NCBI GenBank assembly: GCA_003427395.1
Contig: BFEA01000034.1
Span: forward strand, 3,224,194 to 3,288,193
Length of the DNA stretch: 64,000 nucleotides
Direction: 5' to 3'
DNA from: Chara braunii
Lineage: Eukaryota; Plantae; Charophyceae
Of the stretch, positions 1 to 13,183 are shown in pieces. The position numbers and the translations under genes are program-made. Position 1 is the first letter of the stretch. Every line of letters starts with the position of its first letter. Under the pieces are notes generated by a model. That model searched no databases and was not told where the DNA came from. It saw only the letters and a program-made list of their open reading frames with translations.

Positions 1-794
1 GCGCGCTACTTCGAACGTGTGTGTGATTTTTTTTCCTTGTTAATGATTGAAAAAAATGGCACAATTGCGAACCAACTTTTGGTTCCAATTAAACTTAGGG
101 TTAAGTGATCTTTTCCTTTGGTAAGAATGTTTGACTGTGGCGTGTGTGCGCATGCTGAGGCGGCTTTCGACGATAAAGGCCAGGGGTATCTGCTAGCAAG
201 ACGGTAGAGACGACCTTAAGAGAAGCGTTTAATTTCCGTAGAGGTCGGCATTGGAGGCGGTACGACCTTTGTGTGGTAAATGGAGTGTGGGGGGGAATAT
301 AACGTGGGTCACGCCTCGACGTTGTAGTACATGAGGGAGCCCGACAGGCGTGGGTTCGATTGATAGGCGAAGGTGTGGCCTTTGAGCGTTTCAGTAGGCC
401 CATGCGTCGCGCGGCACCAGTTTATATAGGTGTACGCTAGTGCTAAGCCCAACCTTGGGTTTAACACTGTTGATTACGGTATCCAACTTCCACCCTGTAA
501 ACTCAAGGATTGAGACCAGCGGTTTGCAACACGGGACCGGCGGAGCGTCCTGAAGGAAAACGAGGGGTTGAAGGTCGGCAAGGTTATCCCCCTCGGTTTT
601 TGTCAACGAGTCCTGACTGAAAGTCTGATTAGCGGGACAAGGAAGAGGTCAACGGTCTCCTTCCCCCTCAGTATAGTCCCGAATGTCTCTATTTTTATTG
701 ATTACTACTAATATTATTTCCTTGCTCTCTTTATTTTATTTATTTATTATTTTAGGTTCTATCTTTTTTTTAGGGCACAATTTCGTTACCGGTA

Positions 795-1001
795 TCGTCC
801 TCCCCCGAACATAACGCATATGAATTGTATTCGAGTTTTCCAAAAAAAAAACGTTTTTTGGAAAGTTAGACCATTTTCTTCCAATACAAGGGCACTTCGA
901 ATATAACGCATATGCGTTATATTTGAATTTTAAGAAGAGAAAATTGTTGTATTCGAATATAACTGTTTTTTCCCTACCGCAGGTTACTGACACTCGCTGC
1001 G

Positions 1002-1080
<79 letters not shown>

Positions 1081-1100
1081 ATCTATCTATCTATCTATCN

Positions 1101-1195
<95 letters not shown>

Positions 1196-1694
1196 ATATA
1201 TATATATATCCCCACCCATGCGGGAAGGCCCTTCTCACAACCAGAAATGTCGCGCAGCTAAGAAATTGGAAAAATCAGAAAGCCACTCACCAAGGCGTCG
1301 CCAGAACAAGGAAAGGTACGTGGCCACGGGCGTCGCGGCATGGGACACGAAATGAAAAACGAAATAAGTGCATCTTCCTTCAGAAAATGGCTAGGTTCAT
1401 TGGTTTGCTATCAATAGTAACGAGCCACCTTTCGCGGGCAGATGCCCTCGTTTCGTTTTCGTTTCGTATGGCGTGCGGCGAGACCCTACTTCACTTCTAC
1501 CTTTTTGTATGGGTTGTGAGGCCCCCAGGCGTGGTCCATAACTGAGCCTATTCAGCCTGGACCCGACCCCCTTGTGTAGATGAAGCTGGTTTAGTTCACT
1601 CAAACATAACGCATATGCGTTGTAAACGAATATAATGCACGATATGTGTTGTATTTATTTACAACGCATATGTGTTATGTTCGAGTGAAGACGG
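795..1694. mobile_element. Non-autonomous Tc1/mariner-pogo-like element (TIR ~CCGTCTTCCCCCGAACATAACGCA, TA TSD) carrying a microsatellite
   Basis: Left TA|tcgtcctcccccgaacataacgcatatg and right catatgtgttatgttcgagtgaagacgg|TA are imperfect inverted repeats; same TIR as the MITE at 61739-61843. Confidence 0.7.
1004..1209. repeat. Compound microsatellite (CT)n/(CTAT)n/(AT)n
   Basis: Directly visible. Confidence 0.95.
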
Positions 1695-1844
1695 TAGTTT
1701 AGTTGGTACACCATTGGGTTGTTTAAGTGCAGATCTCTGTTCAAAACCCGGCGGGACACGGATGAGTGAAATACTGCAACTTTGAATTACCCATGGCAAG
1801 CCGGGTCGGCCCAATGATGAGGCTGCAAGCACGTCGTCTTGCCT

Positions 1845-2056
1845 CCACGATCTGTTGTAAGAGTGTTGAGTGTGAGCATACCACCGGGGCCCGAAATATG
1901 TTAAACTACGCTGAGTAGGGTGAGACCATAGGAAAATTTTGGTGGAGGCTCATAGTGGTACTGACATGCAAATTGTTCGCTGGACTAGGTAAAGGAGCGA
2001 AAGACTAATCGAACCGTCTAGTACCTGGCTCCCTCCGAAGTTTCCCTCGGGATAGC
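1845..2056 (+). pseudogene. Decayed fragment of nuclear LSU (25S/28S) rRNA
   Basis: ...ggtggaggctc...tactgacatgcaaattgttcg...gcgaaagactaatcgaaccgtctagtacctggctccctccgaagtttccctcgggatagc matches the conserved eukaryotic LSU core with many substitutions; no flanking rDNA. Confidence 0.85.
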
Positions 2057-4330
2057 GGCAGCTGTTGAAGTGGTGTATTGCGCGGTTGTGGAACCGCGCA
2101 CTACAACGGAGGACTGGCGAAGTGGAAGAAGGCAAAAGCAAAGGAGATGGCGGGTATAGCTTAAATGGGACGCGATACCGCGCTCGTTTCTAAATTAAAT
2201 CGAGCAATAGGATATGACAAACGGGGGGGTTTGGGGCTGGTGACCCCGAATTTGAGGTTAGTTCTGGTAGAAACTTAGTAGGGAGGAGTTAAAAGTAGAA
2301 AGGATTGCGTGAAGATGCCGGGAAAAGGGGTATGGGAAGGATGGAAAACTAGTAACTCGGTTGATTCTTGATGAAATCAGTCGAGAGAAGGTGTGATATA
2401 GGGGTTCTTGGCTATTGCAAATCCGATAGGGATGACATAATTGGAATTTAGTTGTTCGTTTTTTTGTACATGGATTTAAGGCTGCACTCGGAAGGAGGAG
2501 TTTTAAGGCGATGTGCATCTTCTCGTAATCTAGCGAAAGATGCATGCTTGATTTGGATCTGGCGGAGTCAACCAGACCAAGGGCAGTGAACGAGCTAGCG
2601 GGTGAAGGTTAGGGGGAGGTGTGTCGGATAAAAAGAAGAGTGATACTTACCTGGTGGACACTTGATTATGCCTCTGACGTTCGACGACGTTTTGATTGGC
2701 AATTGTTGCTTCTCGTGATCGCGTTGGTCGACCCACTCGTTTTTTTCTTCATGTAGTCAAGGCCTTCCTCTCCGAAGAGTCAGGGATGCTTTTTGTGCGC
2801 TTCTTTAGTGTTGTGTTCGTTGAGCCTGGAGGTGTGTGAGTACAAGACTTCATCCTCGCAGTGGATAATGATATCGTAATCATGCGGGCGGTTGTTCCTT
2901 GTGGTGCGCATAGACCCCGGACTACCACTACGATATGAAAAGTTGCGTGAGTCTGGTTACACTGAACGACCTGGTACGTCAAGGGATGAATAGACGTAGA
3001 TTGAAAAGAAGAAAAAAAACATGCGGACAACGGATAGGAGAGAAGGTAAGGGTGGCAGCAGTAGTGAGAAACACACGTGAGAGAAGGAGACAGGAATGCA
3101 TACCTGAGTATGGGGCACCTTCTCGTGTTCTAGCGGAAGATTCATTCTTATTTCTGGCACCTGTGGTGAGTAGTGAGGGAGATCCCCCACCCCTGGTTAC
3201 GTTTGTCGTTATTAGTAGTCCTCGACACTCTTTATTATCACGGTGAAGGTGTGCCTCATCGTAGCAATCATCCTCACCTCTATGGAGCTACACTTTGTAT
3301 CAACGAAAGACGTGCCCTGCTTGATGCGACTGTTGGGACTGTATGTGATCGTCGATCGGTGGTTGCGGCAGTAGACGAACTTTGCATGTGTCGGCATGTG
3401 CTCTGACAACGGAATTGTGTCCACTATGCACATTTCGTGAGGAGTGAAACCCGATGGTATCTATGCACGTCATCATCGTGGTAGTGCTCGCCACCGTTCT
3501 GCTTTAGTTTATCGGGTTGCTCTTTAATTATGTACTTACCCGTGGTTACTGTCCTCGACTCAACAGTTTTTGTCTTTGCATTATCAATGAGATCCAAGTC
3601 ATATGAGCTACTTTCATCATGAAGACCCAAGCAGCAGTAGTATTGTTCATCAGGTTTCTTGTTGTTGCGCTCGGTCGATTGGAAGTACAAGTGACTACGG
3701 TATGAGTCACATCTTTTGTTATTCTATAGCTACAGCCTATGCAGTCTAATGTTGTGCACTACGCAATGCCTTACGGCTGCTCGCGGTCGATTGCACTTGT
3801 AGTACTCTCATTTGAGTTGTTGAGTTCTACCTACGTATACGTTGTGCATTGCGGTGCATAGAGTGTTATGTCGTGGCGGCGCATCTGCTATACTATTAAG
3901 TGTATCTTTTTGTTGGGTTGTTGCAGTTTCCTTACTACGTTGTGCTATTACAACACGTGTTTGAATTGAGTACAGAGGGGGTGTTTTTTAGGTTACGTAA
4001 CAACAGCTTGATTTGATCAAGTTGTCATTACCCTGCGTTTACGACTACGATGAGGACGTTGTACGTGGCTCGTTACCCTGCGACAAGGTGAGCCACTGTG
4101 AATTTGGGAGGAGTAATTACGCTTTACAAGGAGTTTACGACTACGACAAGGACATTGTAAGTGGGCCGTTACCCTACGTTCTAGTCATAGTTTGACCATC
4201 TTTTAAGTGTTTTGGCCATCATTGAGGGGCCCTCAGGCGTATCAAGGCGCAAAGCACTCTCCTGCGGGTATGAGTGAATCCCTTCTATATCTTGAGAGAC
4301 TTAAGATTTTTCTCTCTCCTTCTTAGTCTC

Positions 4331-4367
<37 letters not shown>

Positions 4368-5550
4368 CCAGCCCACTTTCCACCCGAACGACCGAACACA
4401 TCTCCAAGGGGTCTCGTACATTCGGGCATTCGGGTTCATGCGTTCGACCCGTCCCGAACGGCGGTTACCCTGACTATATATGTATAGAATATATGTATAG
4501 ATACATTTTTTCTTATTTTTCTTGTCTTATTGATTATTGATTAGATAAATAAATAGATAAGAAAAATGAGAAAAAAAAATCTTAAGATAGAAACATAAAA
4601 ATGATTTTTTTATAAAATATTTTTCAACAGTTGCACAATGTTTTTCACAAGTTTTATCAATCTAATAGTTTAAAATTGGAGGATTAATGGATCACAATTT
4701 TTTTCAAAAAAAAAAAAAAATCTAAAGTTTACGTAGGTTACCAGTCGAGCCGCCCAGGTCACCCTATTTTCCCGGGCGACCCGACCATGCAAGGACCACG
4801 AAAGGTCCCAGCAAAAAAAAAAAAAAAAAAAAAAAACGATAAAAATTTATGTTATGCCAAAAAATAAACTGAACAACTTTTTTCTCAGGGGCACATCGAA
4901 ATTCATTTTCAAATTTAAAATTAAAAATAACATTAAAAAAATAATATATATATAAATGAAATTTAATAGAGTTAATATTCAAAATTATTGTAAATTTGTT
5001 TAATTTTCTAGGCTGTTTTTTCGGGCGCCCGGGTGCCCAACTTGTGCCCGGATACACCCCCGGGTGCCCGACCGGGCATGACCCTTGGGCATGGCTCCAG
5101 GCAGCCCCAGCACAAAAAACAAAAAAGTCAAAATTTTTCAGAAAATAATATACATTGTGTAGAATTGCAATGGCTGAGAGTCACAACAAAATTCCTCACC
5201 GAATTGAAAATAACAAAATCACACTAAGGCATCCCCCTTTACACCCTCTTAAGTTTGACGGCTTTCACAGGTTGAGCGCTTTCATGTGTAATATTTAATC
5301 ATTATTTCGAATTACTCGTTGTTTGAGTTTATCCGATTTCTTGTTTCTTGTCGCGAGTTATCTGTTCTGCATAATTCCTGTGAATGCGCGTGTGAACCTA
5401 CCTGGGATCTTGACTAGGAGTGAGTGAGCACGTTGAACTGTTACTGTTACTGTTACTTACATGCGTTATGCACGCAACGATCAAGCTATTCGGAGGATCA
5501 ACGATTGCCGACGTCGAAGTGTGTTGGCACTGAGGTGGTCACGTGAAGAC

Positions 5551-6782
5551 ATGGGCGGAGGTAAACACTCATACGACTGGGGCGATCAACGGGAGCGGTC
5601 GTACAATGGCCGAAGGAGGAGCTAAGATGAACCCGATCGGGGACGCTCCTCCGACACGGATCGACGGGAACAAAGGACTAGTGGAGGTGGTAACGATGGC
5701 GGGCGTAGACCACCCCCGATATGCTTTGGGTGTAAGGTGCCCGGGCATTATCGGAGTGACTGCTGCCGTTTCTGGGCCGATCCGTTGTCCCGACGACAAG
5801 CGGAGCGAGATGGGTACACATATCCCCCGGAGCACGAACAACGCGGAAGATCAGTCTCCCCGAGGAGGAGCCACGACGCATCACTGCAGAGGTCGCCATC
5901 GGTGGACTCGAAGACTACCTCCAAGTTGGAGGAACTGGGGGAAAGCGTCCAGCAGCTCCGGGAGTTTGTCAACCTTGTGAAGACAAGGCAGATCGAGAAA
6001 GAGAGGCGGCGACAGAAGAGGGAGGAGGCAAAACAACACGAAGAAGAAGAAAGGAGAGTCGAAGAAGCAAGGATCGCCAAGAAGCGAGAGAAGCAGAGGC
6101 ATCGTGAGGAGGAGCAGTTGGCTATGACAAAAGCGGTCGAATTGCAGCTAGCCATGCGCTTGAGTTTGATCCATGAAGATATCAAGAGCGAAGTCAGGAA
6201 GTGTGTTGCTAAGGGTAAAGAGGCCGTCGTCGAAGATCTGCCATCAACCTCCGGCAACAGCAGCGAAGCCGCGTTGATCGTGACGATTAGCGATGATACG
6301 AACAAGCTGGTCATTGCGGAGAAAGGCAAACGTGGAGAAGATATCCCGGTGGGTGACAGCCCACCGTGATTACACCAACTAAGTGAGTGAGCAAGCGTAT
6401 CGGGATTCGACCGATCCGCTTTTCAGAGCGCTTGCAACGTACACGTACCAGGGTCACGAAGAGGATTGCTTGTGTTCCCCCGGCGATGCCATGCACAAAG
6501 ATGAAGCCGCCGACACGTGACTTCGAAATGGAAAGGATGTTGTACCTGGATCAGACAAGGCGCGAGTTATGCCCCTTGGACTGCGACCAGATCAAGGTTT
6601 TTTGTCGAGATGAAGGAGTAGCCTACTCGACTAAGATACAGGCCATTTTTGACCTCGCAGATGCTCGGGCACAAATTCGATTTGGCCCGGGCACCCACTT
6701 TGGCACCGATCCACGCTAGATCGGGGGTGACGATGCTGGTAAGTCAAGCCAGGAGGATTCTGATTGTGAGTCGCAAGGGTGA
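5551..6782 (+). pseudogene. PLE1 ORF1: gag-like CCHC knuckle, coiled coil, SAP/HeH-like motif (stops and frameshift)
   Basis: CFGCKVPGHYRSDC (CX2CX4HX4C), E/K/R-rich helix, GDSPP, LDCDQIKVFCRDEGVAYSTKIQAIFDL. Confidence 0.8.
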
Positions 6783-6794
6783 ATTGGGTAGATT

Positions 6795-9681
6795 GTGGGA
6801 TCTTGGTTGGCTATGAGTGACGTGATCATTGCCTTTCGAAGAACGTTTGGTTGTTCAGACCCGGATGTTGAACTGTTGTTTCGATATTTGGTGGTTTACT
6901 TAGCGTGCCTGGGTTATTGTCGATGGCTCCGCATGTGTTTGGATTCGTCGGTCAACTTGTTCCTATGTTTCGGTGTAGATTTCCTAACTAGAGGTTGATG
7001 TGTTTACGTGATCACTTCGTAAAATGTAAATCACAGAACATTGGGCAGACAGCTAGAGATCCAGAGGTTAGGTGGAAGGAACACGACTCAGTTTGCAAAC
7101 GGCAAGCTAGGTCAACTCACCTTTATCGATGGTGGATGAGGTTTGGGATCGAATCTTATGTGCTTATTCCTATTGAGGTGGCATGCAAACATGATCTGCT
7201 GATAACGGAGTCTATCTTCATCCGAAGATGGAGCCTGTATTTGAATACTGCTGGCTACGTGATAAAATCCAACAAACAGAACAAACGGAGAGGGAAACGT
7301 GAGCGCGACTGGGCTACAGTCGTTAAACCTCGTTTGATTCCTAGATCTGTTAATCCGATCAGAGCGAGAGTATCGACGTCGGAAGACTGGACTGTCCAGA
7401 TCTTCAGTATCTTACGTCAGCATGAGATCGATGGGATACGTTCGTTCGATTTGCTTGTGGATGGGGGAAATTTTTGGAGCGATCGTTGGCGTGTGATACG
7501 TAAGGCCTTCGGCCTGACATCTGTTGTTGTGAATGGGGTGCAGGGACATGTGAAGGAGTTCAAAGCTCAAATAGAACTCGGATGTGTGTTGAAGATATTG
7601 TACCTTAGGCGGTGGAAACCTCGGGTGAGAATTAATAAACCTTTCCTCGTTTCTCTGCTTAAGAACCCCAAGCGATATGCATGTATGAAGAAATGGGATT
7701 TGCACTGGTTATCTAGTTTGTTTTCATATGTTAAAGAGTTCGAACAGAAATCTACAAGAACATATCTCCGACGACTGATAGTCTGCTGTGTTAAAGAGTG
7801 CTTTGGTTTCAATTTTTCTGCTAAGTTGGTTGTTAGGCTTCTGTATGATGATCGTTTGAGGTTGGATGATATTCGTAAGCTGGTCAATAACAAAATGAGT
7901 AGGCTATCCCTCTCACCTTGTGTGAAGAAACGTGCACGATATAAAATCCGGATCATCTGGACTAAGAATCCAAGTGTCGTGGATCTGATGCACGATCAGC
8001 GGAGATTGGCTCCTGCTGATGTGCTAGCCTGCGCCTGTGCAGGTCTGCCTTACCCAAGGGTAAGAGGTCACGTGCAGTTTCGACTTCACGAGTTGAATGG
8101 TGTGCCTAAGTTCCTGGGGAATGCTAAGAATGTGTCGAAACCACCTCGGGCTGACCGATTGGGAAGTTTAAAAAGGAGATCGAGTTCGCCTTTGAGAGAT
8201 GGCCGAACCACAAAGATCAGATTGTTGTGTGTACTCAGGAACAGTTGAGTGCGTGTATGCAGGAGTGTTACTCGGACGATAAGTTGTGTCTTGGGTAGCA
8301 AGAAATCCTGGAATGACGAGCTAAGTTGGATGGGGTTGTGCTTACTCCGTTGGACTGTAACCCCGGTGTTACCCTCGTAATGTGCCCCAGACACCATTAC
8401 GATGGGATGATGGATTTGTTTATCTGAAACGCGGGTTACTATGTGGTTCCTGTGAATGTTGAGGAGACTTTGCTCCAAATGCGCTTGGATCTTAAACGGG
8501 ACAAAATGACGAGCTTTGCCACTTGGGACTCAAAACGGACCGTTGGGCAGGTCTATGCTCTGCCTAAGCATAAGGATCCTGACCGGTTCCGGCCTATCTG
8601 TCCATCCTACCCCGAACCAACTGTGAAGACTAGCAAGGTTGTGGCGAAAGCCCTTAACCATCTGTTGAATACCATTCCGCAGGACTAGCACTTCAATTTG
8701 AAGGTTGTTTCCCTGCTGACCAAAAGTCTGACGATTTGCAACGGAAGGTTGAGTAGGATCGGTCCGGATGTCTTGGAATTACGGTCCTATGACATTAAGG
8801 ACATGTTTAGCTTGTTGCCCTATGACGAGATCATTACCGCTATCGGTTGGTTGCTTGATTACCATCGTTGTAGAAAGTGTAGTTTTGTCCGGGTTAACAC
8901 CCGGGGACGTGGGGCATCCTTTGGCTTGACTACTGGCTATGACCATTGGAGGAAGGTGGAGTTCGATGACATCTTTCGATTCGTGAAGTTTGAATTATTT
9001 CATACTTACACACTGGTCATGACTGCGCTATTGAAGCAGCAAGTGGGTATCCCTATGGGAAAAGTACCAGTCCCCCACTTGCCTGCATCATGTGTGCAAA
9101 AGTTGAGTTTGACTTTTGAAATAGCGCCGGGTGCCTGCATAAGAATGTGTTTGGTGTCAGACTTATTGATGACGTTGGGTTAATTGTTGGTGGTAAGCAC
9201 CTTGCATATCACGAGCGTGGGATGATTTTTCAGAGGTTTAAGGGTTGCTATCTGAGCAATTTGACCTTGAAGAGAACTGACGGAGGGAGGAATGTATGAG
9301 ACTTTTTTGGGTTGTGAGATAAGGGTGTCTTGCCAGTATCCCTTCGTCGAAAGTGTGCAGTTGTCCATAAATGAAGCAGTAATTTGGGGAACCGAGAAGC
9401 TGGATTTCTTGAATGGCCAATCATTCGACTCTTATGGTAGCAAGTCCAAAAAAAGTGTCGTGGTCAGCAGCCACTTGCATCGTATCGATAGGAATACGAT
9501 GGTATGATCCGAAATCCCGAGAAGGGTCATTACCCTAAAGAAAGAGTTGCGTCTAAAGAACTTCCCCGGAATTTTTTTTGACCGCGTCTTGCGAGGTTTC
9601 GCCCATGGGCGTGACGAAATTTGGAAATGGACAAGTAATTTCATTCGGACAGGGGCTGGTTGGACACTCTGGATGGCATAA
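6795..9681 (+). pseudogene. PLE1 ORF2: GIY-YIG endonuclease, CxC linker, reverse transcriptase (disrupted)
   Basis: NIGQTARDPEVRWKEH; ESIFIRRWSLYLN; CACAGLP..GHV; PKHKDPDRFRPI; YDIKDMF; QQVGIPMG; RLIDD at ~9160. Confidence 0.88.
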
Positions 9682-9710
9682 TGAGTTACGACATTGGGTC
9701 GTTTGTCCTT

Positions 9711-10055
9711 GGCATGGGCCCCTCAGCCTGACAGGGGTTAGAGACACGGGCTTCCTTTGACAGGTTCTCAAGATGTAGTTGTCTGTGTTTTTGGAGTAGG
9801 TTCTTTGCTGATTAGTTGCTTTTGATTGACCGCTGGCTCCGGACTGTAGTTGTGTGGTTTTGATTTAGCCAACCCTTTCAGATCTGACTTTGCATGAGGG
9901 CCCCCAGCCTGACAGGGGCTAGATACACGGGCTTCTTGTGACAGGTTGTTCAGATGTAGTTTTTTTGTGGTTCTGGAGTTGGTTCCTTTGTTGTTTGCCT
10001 TTTATAGTATTGTCCGCTGGCTTCGGACTGTAATTGTGTGGTTTTGATTTAGCCG
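9711..10055 (+). repeat. ~180-bp tandem duplication in the PLE1 3' UTR
   Basis: gcatg..gcccc.cagcctgacagggg...gtggttttgatttagcc occurs twice (~9711 and ~9892). Confidence 0.8.
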
Positions 10056-10796
10056 ATTTTACTCGGGGTCTGTGACCCTGGGCCTGGTCTGAATAATTAG
10101 GACCGGTAGCGATGGTCGATAGCTAGGAAGGTACGTGGTCTGGGACTAATAAACCTGGCTCGACTTGGGTCCAGTGGAACTACCGACTGTCGAAGTGAAG
10201 TACTTGGTTATGATCCCAGCGGTATAAATAAATTGATTGAGTAAGTAATCATCCTCTTACGCGCGCGATTAGCGCTCTGCGCTATTAGCGCTGGTACGGC
10301 TAGTGGTTAGTGTGGCGGATCTTGGGTTTGACGGCTATGTTATGGTTGAGCACTTTCATGTGTAATATTCAATCATCATTTCGATTTACTCGTTCTTTAA
10401 GTTTATCGAATTTCTTGCGTCTTGTCACGAGTTATTTGTTCTGCATAATTCCTTAATTCCCCTTTACACCCCCTTAGCCCCCTTAAAACAAATTTATACC
10501 CCTCTTCCCCCCCTCTAACAACCAACTCTAAAAAATTGAAACGAACCTGGATTTTGGGTCTTTTGGGAGAGCGCAAAAATAAAAAGAAAAAAAAAGAAAA
10601 AAAAACTTTTCACGTTTGCGTATCCCGAGCGTCAGACCCCCCCAAGCGTGAAGCCCAAGTGCCCGGCGGAGCATAAAAAACTTCCTAGTTTATTTTTGTT
10701 TTTCTTTAATAAAATTTTAATAAATTTTTAATAATTTTTTTAAAAATTATAGTTTCATGTATTGGTCTAGTATTACTTAGCTTGTACAGTTTTTGC

Positions 10797-11738
10797 CTAG
10801 GCTACTAGAGTGGTCCGGGTCCACTTGCTCGGCCGGACCAGACAAACATAAAAAATAAACAAATAAATAAATAAATAAATAAAATCTAAGCTAATAGAGT
10901 GGCCCAGGGTCACTCGCCTGGCCGACAAAAAAAAAAAAAAACAAAAAAAACAAATTTGTTTTTTATTTTTAATTTGGTAAAGAATTTCGATATGAGCCTA
11001 AGCCAAAAGTCGTTCAGTTTATTTTTCCGCATAACATTGTTTTTTTTCTTTTTTCTTTTTTGCTAGGATCGGCGTAGCACCGTGCTCGCATTCGGAGGCG
11101 AACACGAACAAGCGCCCAAAACCCTCCAAACGCGAATATAAAAAATATTAAAAAAAAAAAAAAAAAAAAAAATCAGAAAACTCTGAAAAACATATATGTT
11201 ATGTAAAATATTAATACAAGCAACTTTTGCCTTGGAGTCATGTTCAAATTTGTGCCCAATCATGAGTTAAAAATAAAAAAAACGAAAAGAGAATATATAT
11301 TTTATATATATATATATATATATTTTACGAAAAAAAAATTACGTTCGCCCGAACATGTTCGCGAGTTGTTAGCGTGAACGTGAAGGGGCACGAACACGTT
11401 CACCGTGGTACGCAGGCTAGGACCTTCCCTGGTTCTTGCACGATCGGGCCGTCCGGGAAAATAAGGTGACTCGGACGGCCCATTTCCCGGACAGCCCGAC
11501 TGACAGCCTAAAAACAAATAAAAATATTTTGTAGTTTAAATTTTTATTTGAAATTTGGTAACAAATTTCAATGTGACTTTGAGGCAAAAATTGTTCAGTT
11601 TATTTTTCAGCATAACATAGTTTTGCTTCGGAGTTTTTGGATTTTTTTGTTTTTGTTTTTATAGGGGTCCTCCCTGGTAAGCACGACCGGGTCGCCTGGG
11701 AAAATAGGGTAACCCGGGTGGCCCGGCTGGTAGCCTAG
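10797..11738. mobile_element. hAT-like MITE (CTAGGCTAC...GTAGCCTAG) with a nested insert
   Basis: TIRs plus perfect 8-bp TSD gtttttgc (10789-10796, 11739-11746). Confidence 0.8.
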
Positions 11739-12796
11739 GTTTTTGCTATATATTAAAACATTGTTATGTACTAATATTCATTGTTAGATTATATATTGCG
11801 TAGCATCACGTTCGGGCTAGGTGACCGAACCCGAACGCTCGGTACCGAACCCGAACGTGGCCCAAAATCGACCGAGCCCGAACATTTTTAATTTTTTTTA
11901 TTTTTTATTTTTAAAATTTGTAAATATATATAGGGGCTGGGGGGGCCCTGAGGCATTGCTTATCACTCCTTAACATATACACACACATACACACACACAC
12001 ACCACACACACACAGACACACATAACCCATACACACCCCTGACACCACACACACACGAGGACACGTTCGGTAGCCCCCTGACACCACACACACACGAGGA
12101 CACGTTCGGTTGCGGCTCGGTCAAGCGTCCAAACATGTTCGGCTGCTTGGTGGGACACCGAACATGCCGAACATGTTCGGTGTGCTACACAAATTATATA
12201 TATAATCTATTAAAATTATGATTATGCTTATTACCTAGGCTACCAACCGGGCCGCTCGGGTCACTTTATTTTCCTAACTGGGCCGGCCGTGCAAGGACTA
12301 GGGAAGGACCATGCCCAAAAACAAAACAAAAAACAAAAAAAAAACTATATTACGGAGAAAACTAAACTGAAGAACATTTGCCTTAGGGTTACATCAAAAT
12401 TCATAACCAAATTTAACATAACATTTTTAATTAAAAAATATTGTTTATTTTTTTATTATTTCTTTAATTATACTTTAATTATACTTTCCGGGATTAAAAA
12501 AAAAAGGCGCGAAACATTTTTTGATATTGGGAAGTTTAAGATTTTTTCTCTAGAAGCTATCGAAAAGAGCCCGAAATATCGGGGCAGCTGGATGGGCCAG
12601 TTCCGGAACATGTGTGGGGTGTTGGACCAAGTGACGCAGGATAGTAGCTTTGAAACATTGAACGTGGCTCACTTAGTCCAAGGAGTTCTGTTGAAGTCAC
12701 AGTACCGGGTCATTGTCAAAGGTACCAGGCGCATTTGAACAGGGTTGAGGCGGGTATTAATAGTGTAGTACTGTAGCATAGTTTGCATCTCGAAGT

Positions 12797-12846
12797 GTCC
12801 CCATGAGGAGGTCGCTAACTTGCAGTGGCCGAAACTAGTCAGGGAT
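12797..12846 (+). ncRNA. Minimal type I hammerhead ribozyme, degenerate (PLE2 5' pLTR)
   Basis: tcccc aTGAGGA g gtcgct-loop-agtggcc GAAA ctag TC aggga; core C3 mutated; the sister copy at ~20638-20687 (cCGAGGA...aAAA ctag TC) has different mutations, giving an intact consensus. Confidence 0.7.
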
Positions 12847-13183
12847 TGGTCAGACACCTTTGTCTCTTGGGCTGCACTCTATTATGGAGGAGGGGAGGTG
12901 TTTTCACGCCGGTTATGACCGACAGTGACGATACATGCGCTGACGTTCATATCTTGTTTTTGAACTTAATTATTTCGAGATTCTTGGTGTATTTTGTTGT
13001 GACATCTGCGGCTATGTGTGCACGTGCTTTGGGGTCAGGCCTTTTCATCTGGCTCTGCTGTTCTCATCTAGTATCGGCAGAGGCAACCCGCCAGGACGTC
13101 TCTCATGCGCTCTGATGGCCCTGTATTTTTTAGGCTTTAAGTGACTAAGAGGAGTTTGAAAGAGCGTGAAGTATTCGTACGCG

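Larger units (their letters stand above)
5253..10453 (+). mobile_element. Penelope-like element 1 (N-terminal GIY-YIG + RT, two ORFs), decayed
   Basis: Direct repeats 5253-5379 and 10326-10453; ~20-bp imperfect TSD tccccctttacaccc(t/c)ctta; an uninterrupted copy of the host repeat lies at ~21360. Confidence 0.88.

Noticed and set aside
101-606. Minus-strand ORFs at the window start
   Set aside because: No recognisable motifs in any frame
2642-2655. U1 snRNA 5' end (atacttacctgg)
   Set aside because: Similarity stops after ~12 nt; more likely a minus-strand splice donor or chance
10075-10190. Hammerhead ribozyme in the PLE1 3' region (ctgaataa..gacc/ggtc..gata; ctaataa..ctgg/ccag..ggaa)
   Set aside because: Several core mismatches and no clear UH site or stem I; at best a decayed remnant
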